A stretch of 64,000 nt of DNA. Source: the human T2T-CHM13v2.0 reference genome, Homo sapiens. This document shows, piece after piece, positions 43,670 to 57,236 of the stretch. The notes under the pieces were generated by a model. It saw only the letters and a list, made by a program, of their open reading frames with translations. It was not told the DNA's origin and did not search any database. Location: NCBI RefSeq assembly GCF_009914755.1, contig NC_060940.1, one strand, 5' to 3'. Numbering within the stretch: the first letter of the stretch is position 1; every line of letters starts with the position of its first letter. Position numbers and translations under genes: made by a program.

Positions 43670-44103
43670 CCATCCTTTCTTTTTTAACAGTTTATTGAGA
43701 TATAATTTACTTATAATTCGGTGTCTTTTAGTATATTCATGATGTTGTGTAGCCATCACCACAATCCATTTTTAAACATTTCTATTGCCTGAAAAGAACC
43801 CCTGAGCTATCATAGCCCTCCACCATACAAGTGTTTTAATGATTTGGAAATAAGTTTGTACTCATATTCTGGTCACTTAATGATGTTTATGCATCTCATA
43901 AACTTAAAATGAAATTCACAGTTATCATTTTCAGACATTCTTCAAATGCGATGTTAGAATCTCAATATAAAAGAGTTACTCTAGAGAACACAGCCTAGAG
44001 CCCACAGATCTAATAGAAAGTGTTCATGCTACATTTGAAAAGCTATAAGAAATAAATCTGTGTGTATTTTGCTCACATTTCTCTATTATTCTTCCCTTGT
44101 TAG

Positions 44104-44262
44104 GTGCTATTTCAAGTGGTTTCAGGCTGGAAGAGTCTCCATTTGTTCCCTATGACTTTATGAACAGCAGTACTTCACCAGCCAGTCCTCCAGGTTCAAT
44201 AGGAGATGGCTGGCCACGTGCCAAATCGCCTAACGGCTCTAGCAGTGTTAATTGGCCACCAG
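44104..44262 (+). CDS. TNRC6A: TNRC6A exon 19: ends in the first half of PAM2 (NWPP)
   Basis: gttag|GT and CAG|gtaaaa; 159 nt. Confidence 0.93.
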
Positions 44263-44530
44263 GTAAAATTTTTTCTAACACTTTCTTTCATGAGACTGTG
44301 TTTCCATTAAGGTTTTGTTACATCTGGACTTACTACTGATGTAGCCCAGATCGGCGTGCTTAGACTGACGTGTGCGGATGAGAAGGAATGCAGAAGTGAT
44401 TGAGGAAAAGTTAAGCATGAAGTCTTGGGCAAGTGAGTGTGTCAGCCTGTTACCTATGCCTTTATGCTCAAGCAGCAGAGGTAGAAGTGAGCCCCATTGA
44501 CCAGCATGAAGAATTATATTAAAAACTTTA

Positions 44531-45467
<937 letters not shown>

Positions 45468-45772
45468 TACATACATATATATGATTTTTTAACACACACA
45501 CAAGTACGTATGTGTATATGTTACGTGTGTGTGTGGGTATGTATATTCACATTCAGTGAGATGATTTCAGTTGTAAAAACTTGCAAGTAATTTATAAAGA
45601 ATAGCTTCTATAATACTAATTGTATTAACTGAACCATCCTCTTAGAGTATTAGTGTAAATTGGAAAGTATTTGAGAGTTGCATAGGATTCAGGAATAAAG
45701 GTTTTGGATATTTATTAATGGATTTTAAAATGATGATTAAGCTTTGAACTAATTTTAAATTTCCGTTTCCAG

Positions 45773-45913
45773 AATTTCGTCCTGGTGAGCCATGGAAAGG
45801 TTATCCAAACATTGACCCTGAAACTGACCCTTACGTCACTCCTGGCAGTGTCATAAACAATCTTTCAATTAATACTGTGCGGGAAGTTGACCACCTCAGG
45901 GACAGGAACAGTG
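45773..45913 (+). CDS. TNRC6A: TNRC6A exon 20: second half of PAM2 ([10 protein letters not shown]), then [12 protein letters not shown]
   Basis: tccag|AA and GTG|gtacgt; 141 nt. Confidence 0.94.
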
Positions 45914-47549
45914 GTACGTAGGGGGTGCAAATCAATTTCTGAGTGACACTTAACACAGTTTAAGAATGGCTCATGTAGTACCCAGCTACTCTGGGCGACT
46001 GAGCCCAGGGTACTCTGGGATCACTTGAGCCCAGGAGCTTGAGGCAAGCCTGGGCAACATAGTTGTGGGACCCTGTCTCTTTAAAAAAGAAAGAAAACGA
46101 AGAAGAAGAATGGCAGACAGAATTCTCTCTGTTCCCATAGGTGGCTCTTTAATTTGGCTACTTTTTAAATGGTGAGGATTTTATCATCCCTTAGTATGGC
46201 AAATATATATATTAATTTAATAAGTTAACATAAAGGACCAGCAAACCTTTGCTTTCCAGCAGTTGTATTAAAGGAATGAAAAAACAGCAAATGAAGGTTG
46301 TTACTAACTTTATACTGAGTTACAAGATTATGGTAGTTTAAAAAATGGGTGTTTCTTGTAAAAGACGTTATATTATTATATATGCTTATATACTCTGAAT
46401 ATTGAAGGACTTTCATCTGGAAGAGCGAATTAGGCTGTCTTTCAGAGAGTAAGAATAAGACCAATTTAAGGATCCCTGCAGTCCAGATGTGCTTTTTAAT
46501 TGGTTAGCAAATAAAATCCGATTACCTGCCACGGGGTTACTTTTCACCTCAAGGCATTTAGATGTGTTTCATCCATGATTTTGTACCAGAAGAGTGTTAA
46601 CGAAATTAATTTTTTAAATATTAAAAAGTATTTTCTGTCTTTTTAAAATACCATCTATACCTTTAAACAGTTTATAAAGCACATGTGAAGCAGCCACCAT
46701 GTTGCGTTAGACGTGTAATTTACAGAGGTAACAAGCAGAGAAGAGTCCTTAGCATTGTGAAATGGCTGGGTTTCACAGACAGCTCTGCCCGCTATGGGAA
46801 CACTAAGCCAAGCATAAATTCTCATGGCGTGGGAGTTAGTGGAAGAATCCGATGGCTCTGAAAGTCAGTAGAGTTTGAATTTGGTGTTAAAGGAAATAGA
46901 ACATTGAAGGCTTTGAGTGGAAGAATCTTTAAGATGGGGTAATCTGGCTGTGGTGAGCAGAGTGGATTGGGTTGGGAGACAAGCCAGGGAACTGGTGTAG
47001 TAATCCAGATGGTGGTCGGGTCTAGAGCTCAACTAGAGTAGTGGTCGATGGGGTTTTGAAAATGGAAAGCTACACCAGGTTTGGGAGCCTGAATATATCG
47101 CGTAATGGAGAAGGCTGAAGGGCCTGTTCACTAGTAGTGTCTGTGACCAGGTGCCTTAGAGAGCAGGATAGCCAGTAAGAAGTCACTGGAGCTCAGGGGC
47201 GAGTTAGCACCAAGACTCGAACCTCCTTTTTAGACCCAGTGCTGGGAAGCAGAGCCAAGTGCTGTCTTGGTGGCTGGACCCCATTGCTAGAGCGCATCCT
47301 CACAGCCAGTGAGGACAAAATCAGAGGGAAAATGCCTGTGCTGAGCCAAGGCAGAGACAATTGGCGAGCTCGCTCAGCATGCTCTTTTGAAGGCAAGAAG
47401 GAAGATGTCTCGGGCACCATCTTACCCTGAGTGGACCTGTTTCCTTTCTTGTGGCATACTGTTAGCTTTGATTTCTCTGGAAGCTTTTGCTTTTTCTGAA
47501 CCTCCACGTCCCTTGCTCTGGTGGCTGATTGGACTCTTCCCCCACACAG

Positions 47550-47657
47550 GGTCATCCTCATCCTTGAACACCACGCTGCCTTCAACTAGTGCCTGGTCAT
47601 CCATTCGTGCCTCCAACTACAACGTTCCCCTCAGCAGTACAGCACAAAGCACTTCAG
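47550..47657 (+). CDS. TNRC6A: TNRC6A exon 21
   Basis: cacag|GG and CAG|gtgggc; 108 nt. Confidence 0.92.
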
Positions 47658-48378
47658 GTGGGCCTCGCCTTCGCTCAGGAAGGGAGGGTTGGTCACAGCC
47701 AGAGCCGCGGCTGTTGTTTTAATGCCCTCTTCTTTCGTCCAGTCTTCTCAGGGAATTAGGAGATTCTGTTTGTGAGCCTGGGAAATTATTTTTAACATCC
47801 CTTACTCCTTTTTAAACTTACTGTACCCAGCAGTCATCTACTAAAATCAGTTTTCACTGAACAGCTCTCATCTCATCTCAGAGCCACAGCAGCTCTGTAA
47901 TTAAATGTAATTTAATCCAAACTAGTTCTCAGACTATCTGCAGCGGAGGATCTTTAAAAAAAAAAAAAAATGCCAATCCTCATAGACTGATACTTTTGTA
48001 AAATACGGTAAACATGAATTCTGAATTGCTAGGAAAATGATGGCACACTTGAGAGTTACAGGAATGTCAGGTTGCTGTCTGTCTACATATGCGCACTCTG
48101 GATTTCTGGACTCGTCCTGCAGCAGATTAGTATGAAACTGTGTTGTGGTGGTCTCCTGGCCATACCCTGAGTAGCACTGACCTAATGCACACACACTTTG
48201 TAAGTGAAGTAAGAAAAAGAGTTGATAGTGATGGAAGACAGGAATTGTTCCACTCCTTGCTGTCCCCTCATGCTTTTAGCATGATAGTTGATGTGGTTTA
48301 CTGTGTACCTGGTCCCTGCATACCCACTCATGTCTCCATTGCTGCGAGGCAGTGTGTGTCAGGAACTGGGCCTGCTGT

Positions 48379-48501
48379 CTTTTTCTTTCTTCCTTCCTTT
48401 CCTTCTTTCTCTCTCTGTCTTTCCTTCCTTTCCTTTCCTTTCTTCTTCCCTCCCTTTTTCTTTCTTTTTTTTTTGTTTTTTTGTTTTTTTGTTTTTTGTT
48501 T
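48379..48501. repeat. Pyrimidine-rich low-complexity tract
   Basis: CT/CTTT/CCTT units followed by T-runs. Confidence 0.85.
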
Positions 48502-49095
48502 TGCCATACAGGCTTAGTTTTGAATCCTGGCTCTGCATTAGACCCATAAGCAAATTACTTACCCACTCTGTCTTCAGTAGACTGTGTCAGGACCACAGAC
48601 AGCACATGCCAGGTGCCCAGCAGCCAATGCTCAGCACAGAGAGGCAGGCACCCCGTGAAGATCTCCTTTGGCAGCTCCTGAGTTGGGGCTCTTTTGCAGT
48701 CCTTTTTTCCCTGAGTAAACAACAAAGTTCTAAAATTCACTTAAATGGCCTTTCTTGAGTGACTCAATTACGGTTATTAAGAATTTCACAATTGCTATTT
48801 TAGAGCAATTCAGATTGTTTTCCATTTCAGTTTGAGTACAGTTTTGGACACTGGCCTAAGAATTTCATAGGTCTTACAGCTGTTAGTAACAGATCAATGG
48901 CTTGAGTGTTTGGAGGGATGGAAAGCAGTTTCCTTTGGACTGATTTTCTTTTTTGGCAGTTTAGTTGATTTGGGGTTTTAAAGTTTCTTTTGTTTGTTAG
49001 ATTTGCTTTTTGTGGGAGAATGGATGTCATTATTTAAATTTCCTCCTTTCTTAAACATTATTCCTCCCCTCTCCATTTTTTCCCCCTTTGAGTAG

Positions 49096-49317
49096 CCAGA
49101 AATAGTGATTCCAAATTGACATGGTCTCCTGGTTCAGTTACAAACACCTCTCTGGCTCATGAGCTGTGGAAGGTCCCTTTGCCACCTAAAAACATCACTG
49201 CTCCGTCCCGCCCACCTCCGGGACTGACTGGTCAGAAGCCACCCTTGTCTACGTGGGATAATTCTCCCCTTCGTATAGGTGGAGGATGGGGAAATTCTGA
49301 CGCCAGATATACCCCAG
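49096..49317 (+). CDS. TNRC6A: TNRC6A exon 22: P-GL motif (SRPPPGL)
   Basis: gagtag|CC and CAG|gtaaga; 222 nt. Confidence 0.92.
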
Positions 49318-51033
49318 GTAAGATGCAGTCGTAAGGTGGGTTTCTGTGGTTTATTTGCTAAACGCTAACCAGTACTAACAGTCGAGTTTAACAGAGACCT
49401 GAACGGTAAACTATTGCCTCACCTCCATCAGGGGGAATGAGAACTTCGGTAAACAAATGATCCACCCAAAGGCACACAACAGGCTGCAATAACATTAATG
49501 CATTAGGAAGCTCCATTGTCTCAGAAGTTCCTCAAGACTACATCTTAAAATGTGTAGGAACTTCCTGCTCATGGCAGGCTTAAACCACATCACATGGAGC
49601 AGAAGGCAGTATTGGGCAAGTCTGGGGAACATGGGAGCAGGCCATCTGGGCCTTGAAGACTAGGGGGGTAGCTTGGCCTGTATTAAATGGGGACATTTGA
49701 GAGTGAAAGAGAGTGCTGTTGATTAATCATACATGGCCAACAGGCATAAGCCAGAAGGCCCCGGCAGTCTGGTTCCTCTGCCTTTCCTCATTCTATAATG
49801 ACTAACATTGGATTTGTACTGGCATCATTTCCTGCCTGTGCTGTCTCCACACCATACATATACACACACAGCCCCAGATGAGCCTAGCAGTTTCCCCAGT
49901 AAATACAGTCTTATCCTTCACTCTACCTTGCCTGCAAACTACCAAACATTCCCATCTTCAAGCTGAAAATGAGTAATAAAACCTCATTAATATTTTCTGA
50001 TTAAATATGTAATTTCTGATCTTTAGACAGGTGATTGGCTGTAGGAAAACTTGCAGCTTTTCCTTTGAGTGCGGGTTAATTATAGGAAAAGAACACTAAA
50101 GTACGTGCCAAGCTGCTGAATGCAAGTTAACATAATTGGTGTGGTGTGAGTGGTTTTTGGTTTGGTGTGAGTGGTTTTTGGAGGCCGCAGACATCTGTCT
50201 GGATGCCAGCTAAGAGACTGGCAGCACACAGCGAGGGGCGCTAGTGAAAGTGGCCCAGGAACCCACCCCAGGGAGGCTTGGTGCAGTTGAGTGGAATTAG
50301 GAAACCTGTAGGAGTAAGCCAAGCGAACCGAGGGGCAGCCTCTGCCAAGGCCCAGACACCGGAGAAAGCACAAAGGCTCCCGTTGGAGTGATGAGAGGAT
50401 TGCAGGGAGTGGAGGAGGATTCCGTGAGAGGTGGATAGGCCTGAGCTGTGTCATGGAATGGTCTTTCCCAGCACCTGAAGTGTTTGTGAGGTGCCTTGAG
50501 TTGCAGATGGGGTCAGGGATGAGGGCTGTACTCCCAGGGGAAGGGTGGATGCCACAGGGGTCCAGCAGGAAGGCCAGATGGGGAGCCCCTGCAGTAACCC
50601 CGGGGAAAACAAGGAGCATCTGTGCGATCGCAAGCTCTGGAATCCCCTTAAAGCTTCATGCCCTGAAGGACACACACGCAGAGTGATCAGACACTACTGA
50701 AGTCTTCCCCAGATGGTACCGTTTGAGATTATTTTAGCTCCTATCAATGAGAAGATCTCAAAAAGATGCAGCCTTTTGTGGCTCACTGCCCTCCTCTGTG
50801 GTGAACTGGGAGCCATTCTGAGCTCACTGTCGCCAGAGGCAGAGCCCCCTGCCATAGGAGTTAATGCCTGGCCATGGCTAGGGCGAGCTGAAATTCTGGG
50901 CCTAGGGAGAAAGCCTCCCATGTAGAAGTGCAAGGAAGTGAAGGAAGTCAAGAGGCCAGGTGATCTGCTAAGTAACTGTAGTTGGGCTCTTTCAGTCCTG
51001 GAAAACTGACTTGTCCTTTTTTTCCTTGTTTAG

Positions 51034-51104
51034 GTTCCAGCTGGGGTGAGAGCAGCTCAGGGAGAATAACAAATTGGCTTGTTCTAAAAAACCTTACACC
51101 TCAG
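51034..51104 (+). CDS. TNRC6A: TNRC6A exon 23: start of the RRM ([10 protein letters not shown])
   Basis: tttag|GT and CAG|gtaagg; 71 nt. Confidence 0.94.
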
Positions 51105-51830
51105 GTAAGGATACCAGATACGCTGGTTTATGTGGCTACGCCAGGGAGCATGGGAACAGAGGTTCGGGTCTGTATGTGAGACAAGGGCTGCTAGGTGGTA
51201 GTGAAGCCGAGCAGAGGAAACAGCAGAGGAGTGGTCTGTAGACCTCAGGCAGGCTGTGGTCGAATCTGGTGGTTCACGCTGTAATGTGCCTGGGAACCAA
51301 CCAAGCATACAGATTCCCAGGCCTCACCCAGAGATTGAGTCAGTAGATCTGGGCTAGGGGCTGGGACTCTGCATTTGTATGAGGGCCTGCAGATGAATTT
51401 GACACAGGTGGTCCTTGTTGGCACATGGAGAAATCCTGGTCTGCCCCTGAGGTGAGAGCATTTTCTTAGCCCCTGGCCTGCGCCCTCCTCTGGAGGCTGG
51501 GTGTTGAGCTCCCACCTCCCTCCTCCCTCAGGGAGCAGAACCTTGATGGATGCTGTCCTCAGGGCAGGGAAGAGAGAAGACATGGAGCCACAGTGGGGAT
51601 CTGGGGAGTGTCCAGGAGTCTAGAGGCCAGAGCGGTATGGCTCTGGGAGCAGTGGAGGTGGGGAAGATGGCTCTGCACCCCGTCAGAGCAACGTCAGAGT
51701 GTCAGTGAAGAGTGGTGCCAGGAGCACAGAGCCTCAGGAAAGAGAGGAGGGGCAGCAGTGCAGCCTGAAACAGCCTCCTGGAGGGCCCGCGGTGACGCCT
51801 CTCACTGGCAGTTTCCACACTGTTTCCTAG

Positions 51831-51970
51831 ATCGATGGCTCAACTCTGCGCACTCTGTGCATGCAGCATGGCCCGCTGATCACATTCCACCTGAACCTCC
51901 CTCACGGAAATGCTCTGGTCCGCTACAGTTCAAAAGAAGAGGTAGTGAAGGCACAAAAGTCTCTGCACAT
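51831..51970 (+). CDS. TNRC6A: TNRC6A exon 24: RRM core ([23 protein letters not shown])
   Basis: cctag|ATC and CAT|gtaagt; 140 nt. Confidence 0.95.
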
Positions 51971-52388
51971 GTAAGTTGGCTGTTGGGCTCCCAGTTGGAA
52001 GAGTCTAGGGGAAGGAGTGTGAGAGCACAGCCTGACCCGGGGCAGTGCACAGGGTCCTGCGTGGGTGGCTCCTGCTGGCTGCAGTAGTGCCCTGATTCCA
52101 AGGTCGGCATTCCTAAGCGGGGAATCAGACCTGGCTAGATGGCCCTAGAAAGTCCCTTACGTTGCCCATGGCAGACAGAGGAAGTTCGCTCTGGGCAAGG
52201 CACCAGGCCCTGGAGAGCTGTGGGTGCACACTCGGGTGAAGGGAGGGCACGCAGGTTATGTGGTGTAGTCTCTCCCTCTGTGCCTTCTGTGGCTTTTCTA
52301 GCAGAGACAAGTTGCACCCTCACTTGTGAGTGAATGAAGCCCTCCTGGTGTGCTGTCCTCACGTGTCCGCGGTGCCTCTCTCCTCTAG

Positions 52389-52764
52389 GTGTGTACTGGG
52401 GAACACTACTATTCTTGCTGAGTTTGCCAGTGAAGAGGAGATCAGTCGTTTCTTTGCACAAAGCCAGTCTCTGACCCCTTCTCCCGGCTGGCAGTCTCTC
52501 GGGTCCAGCCAGAGCCGGCTGGGCTCCCTCGACTGTTCCCACTCATTCTCCAGCCGGACCGATCTCAATCACTGGAATGGTGCTGGGCTGTCGGGAACTA
52601 ACTGTGGAGACCTTCACGGCACTTCACTCTGGGGGACCCCGCATTATTCCACAAGCCTGTGGGGTCCCCCAAGCAGCAGCGACCCCCGAGGAATTAGCAG
52701 CCCATCTCCCATTAACGCTTTTCTTTCTGTTGACCACCTGGGTGGGGGTGGAGAGTCCATGTAA
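52389..52764 (+). CDS. TNRC6A: TNRC6A terminal coding exon: end of RRM, LWG (CIM-2-type) motifs, stop TAA
   Basis: tctag|GTGT; [12 protein letters not shown]...SLWG...SLWG...[10 protein letters not shown]. Confidence 0.95.
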
Positions 52765-52916
52765 CAGTGTAGATGCAGACTCACCGACCGGGACCTCAGA
52801 CGCGAGGGAAAGGAGCACTAAGTGGGGCTCGCCGCCTGCAGCCAGGGGCCGCCTGTGGGAACAGCTATTCTCTGCACATTTTCCACTTTGTTTTCCCCAA
52901 AACATATCAGTTTGAA

Positions 52917-55010
52917 TACTTGAATCATGCAGGCCAATATTATAATGTGAAAAGGTATCTACTCTATTTACACTCCCAAATAGCGCCATACATGCTAAAC
53001 CGTAGAGAATGAGCTCGCTTGTGTCTATTCATCATGTTTAGCCTTTGGATTCTTTTTTTTTTTTTCCTTCTATTCCTCCCCAACCCCCCCCCCCCCGCCC
53101 CTTTTTTTCTCTCTTGCAAAACCATTTTTTGGGCTGATAACGTATGAGCTTTTCCCTTTGCACTGAATGATGTTCTCTCCGTCTCATCGGCAGTATGGGG
53201 GGCAGCTGTCCCAGTGTCAATGTTTACTCAAGGGTGTTCTTAGGAGGCGTGCGCTCTCTACTATGCCTTGATGTTGCCTACCTTATTGTGGTATCGTGGA
53301 GTTTAAAAGATCAAGTTAGGATGCTGACTTAGGATTATTAATGAAAGTGTTGCACCAGTTTTTTCATGTTGTAAAACTAAAGAATTTCGCTCTGCAGTTT
53401 GAAAAACTGTGGCCACAGCTGTGACTTGCAGCCCACCTGCCACCCAGGACGGGCCCTGCACTTTGAATAGGCTTTCCATTTTGTTTTGGAGGTTCTCACT
53501 TTGAACCTTCTTGTTTACAGATTTTTTTGTTTGTTTTTTGAGAAAAAAAAATGTTTACTCTTCCATCATTTAAAAAAAATGTAAAAGACAAAAAAAAAAT
53601 GGAGGATGATTTAAAAGATGCTTTCTATCTCTGGGAAAAAGGAGCAGCATTTGGCCATGTTCTTTTGTTTTTCTATTCCTGTCCCAAATCAAAGAGCATG
53701 GTTCTCAGGAAAACCAGTTCCCCAGTTTAAAAAAAAAAAAAAAAATTCCTTGTAGTTTCTTAGAGGAAAAAAAGAAAAACCCCAACTTTTAGCACTGATA
53801 CTACATATTGCTCTGTTAAAGAATTTTCTCTGCCAAAAAAAAAGAAAAAACAAAAAAACGCTTAAAGCTGGAGTTTGACATTCTGCTTTCAGATGCTGTC
53901 TTTTTATTAGTGAGTGATGATGGTTTGCTAATAATCAATAGGTAATAATTTTTTGTAATCCCATCAAGTGGCTCCATATGTTTCTGCTCTCTCGTGACTG
54001 TGTTAATGTTTAACTGTTGTACCTTAAAGCCGAAATCAGTAACTATGCATACTGTAACCAAGGTATTGGGCTTACAGAGTTGTTTGTTGTATAAAGAAAA
54101 TTTTAAATGTTGTTGCAAACTAACGAGTTACACCATTTTAAACTTTCTTTCCTCCCCCCTTTTTTTGCCCACAAATGGTATTATAATGCTTGCTTAGTCA
54201 AAGAAGAGAGACTAAACAAGGGTAAAAATTTTAACAGTACAGAATTTGCCATCATATCATTGCCTTGATTCTAACTGTTTGTGTCCTAAGATGCAAAAGA
54301 AGTCAGTGGCTTTTAACTGTTTACAAATAGAATGTGATTGTAAAATGTACAGTTTGGTTGTGTTTGAATTATGAAATTTCTTCAGATATAATAAACCATG
54401 ACTTTTTGGCTGCTCAACATTAATTGTCTCCTTTTTGTGAATTTATTTGTAGGCTCTTTTTTATAATGAAAGTTTCAAAGTTGCTATGTATGAGGGTTCT
54501 CATAGAGCAACCGATTAAAAATCTAAGCAAATATTTGAACATTTTATCTGAACTCATCACAATTTCACCCTGAAATAATGTGAGAACAATGGGAAACTGT
54601 AGCTTGCTCCTTCCCACCCTCTCTGAGCATCTTTGGGATCTTGTTGCTCAAAACTCTTCTGTGACTTCATCTTCCCCACCATTTGTGCCCATCTCAAGCC
54701 TCAGCAAGAAACCATGTGGAACATGAAGCTTAATGACTTGACAGTGTACTAGTGTTAAACTCTCATACCTCTGTTACAAAGCGAGAAACGCCACACCCGG
54801 ACTGGCCTTTTCTTCCCCCTTCACGGCCCTCGCTTCTCCCTGCAGGAGCTCGGGGGCGAAACCTGTGTATGGATTTCAGTGTATGACTTCAGATCATGCT
54901 CCAACTTGCCAGGTGTGAGCTAATGTTGTCGGACACCTTACTATAAGCAAATGTTATTCAGTGCGTTCAATGTATATTGACTTCCATACTGGTTTTTCCA
55001 AAAACCAAAG
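52917..55010 (+). promoter_or_regulatory. Cluster of miRNA seed matches in the 3'UTR
   Basis: miR-30: TGTTTAC(A) at 53221, 53512, 53552, 54318. miR-23: AATGTGA at 52944, 54331, 54577. miR-26: TACTTGAA 52917. miR-148/152: TGCACTGA 53159. miR-17: GCACTTT 53458. miR-144: ATACTGTA 54049. miR-194: CTGTTACA 54771. miR-9: ACCAAAG 55004. Confidence 0.7.
54390..54395 (+). terminator. Proximal poly(A) signal AATAAA
   Basis: Canonical hexamer with TGTA upstream and U/GU-rich sequence downstream. Confidence 0.65.
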
Positions 55011-55156
55011 GTAGCTTTGAAAAACCATGTCTGGAAATGTTTGGAGCGTTAAGCTGATTGACCTTCTGACCTTGGGGCTTTGAGTAGTATATAATTCATA
55101 ACTGCGTTAATTGTATTGTTAAAGTGTTTGGGAGTTTTTTGCGCTTGTTATGTGGA

Positions 55157-55162
55157 AATAAA
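55157..55162 (+). terminator. Distal poly(A) signal AATAAA (a further hexamer lies at 55214-55219)
   Basis: Canonical hexamer followed by GU-rich gtggtttgg. Confidence 0.8.
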
Positions 55163-55404
55163 GTGTTTGATTTAAAATTTTTTAAAGTGGTTTGGATCTT
55201 TGCCTAGTCCTTAAATAAATACAGCTCTATTCCCTAAGCCACCCTTACTTCTCGGTCTTAATCCCGACTGCCAGTGCCTGGATGCTGCCCTTTGTCTGGC
55301 ACAGACCTGCAGCTGACCATGCTGGGCCCATGGCTCGGGGCTTTCTAGTCACGCAGAGCCACCAAGAGTCAGGGTAAACTTTTTAACACAGGCACTTAAC
55401 ACGT

Positions 55405-55749
55405 TTTTTCTTTGTTTTCTTTTTTCCTTTTCTCTTTCTACTTTCTTCCTTTTTCTTTTTTCTTTCTTTTTCTTTCTTTTTTTTTTTTTCTTTCGACAGG
55501 GTTTCACTCTGGATATCGGTTCACTGTCACCTCTGCCTCCCAGGCTCAAACGGTTCTCGTCCCTCAGCCTCTCAAGTAGCTGGGATTACAGGCACCTATC
55601 ACCGAATCCGGCTAAGTTTTGTATTTTTAATAGAAATGGGGTTTCACTGTGTTGCTCAGGCTGGTCTCAAATTCCAAAGCTCAAGCGATCTGCCCATCTC
55701 AGCCTCCCAAAGTGCTGGGATTACAGGCATGAGCCACTGCGCCTGGCCT
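55405..55749 (-). mobile_element. Antisense Alu just downstream of the gene end
   Basis: TSD-like caggcacttaacac / caggcatttacac. Confidence 0.88.
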
Positions 55750-56685
55750 CAGGCATTTACACATTTTCAAATATCCCTCCTTGCTCTGCTCCCCTGGGTG
55801 TGTTCCCAGCTCTAATGAACCTCAACTTCTCTGCGGTGCTATGCTTTCCACCCTCAAAGACTGGAGGGCAGCTTGCCCTGGACTTCCTTCCCCAGTCAAG
55901 AGTAATTAGCTCCTTCCATCATTTCAAGGAACTGTGCTAGGCCACCACATGCTGAATAGGCTCTCTCTAGTCTTTGTAATCCACCTTCTCAGATCGATGA
56001 TAGTGGCTGAATAAATATTGCAAGGAATAATAGCTGAGCTGTCACCTATTGACACCTGAGGACAGGAGACTGTGGTAGTGCCACACTGTTGGCTTGTGCA
56101 GGTGGATGAACCGGGGAATGACGACAAGGTCAAATTGGGGCCCTTGACCCAGAGGATCAAATTCAGGTTGAATGGCATGAAGGTAGGGACTGAGATGAAG
56201 GGGGAGTATTTGCATCAAGACTGAGGGATGGCCAAGCATGGTGGCCTCATGCCTGTCATCCTAGCACTTTGGGAGGCCGAGGCAGGAGGATCACTTGAGC
56301 TCAGGAGTTCGAGGCCAGCCTGGGCAATATAGTGAGACCCAGTCTCAAAAAGTTGGGGGGATGACAAATTGAGGTTGCACTGAGCAAACCATCTTAACGT
56401 TTGGCTAAGGCATCGTTTCCATGCATTGGGACTTAATTGGTTTTTCCTCTTCTCCAAAGTTCAGATCTTTTCCTGCTGACCCTTTGATTTCAAATGTGCA
56501 GAGGGGTGTCTCGGAACAAAAGCCAGAACTGGAACCCATATGGACCTTGACAGAGACCAGGCCTTCAGCCCTGGCGGAACTTTGCATGAATAGGTATTTA
56601 CATGGTCCAACGGGAGGGAGGGTAACGGCATTGGTGTGTTAAGGGTTCTCTACATGCCAGGTGCTTTTTCAAAAGTTTTATTCTG

Positions 56686-57236
<551 letters not shown>

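Larger units (their letters stand above)
52765..55185 (+). other. TNRC6A: TNRC6A 3'UTR (3' end approximate)
   Basis: No recognisable interspersed repeat; A/U-rich stretch between the stop codon and the distal AATAAA. Confidence 0.85.
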
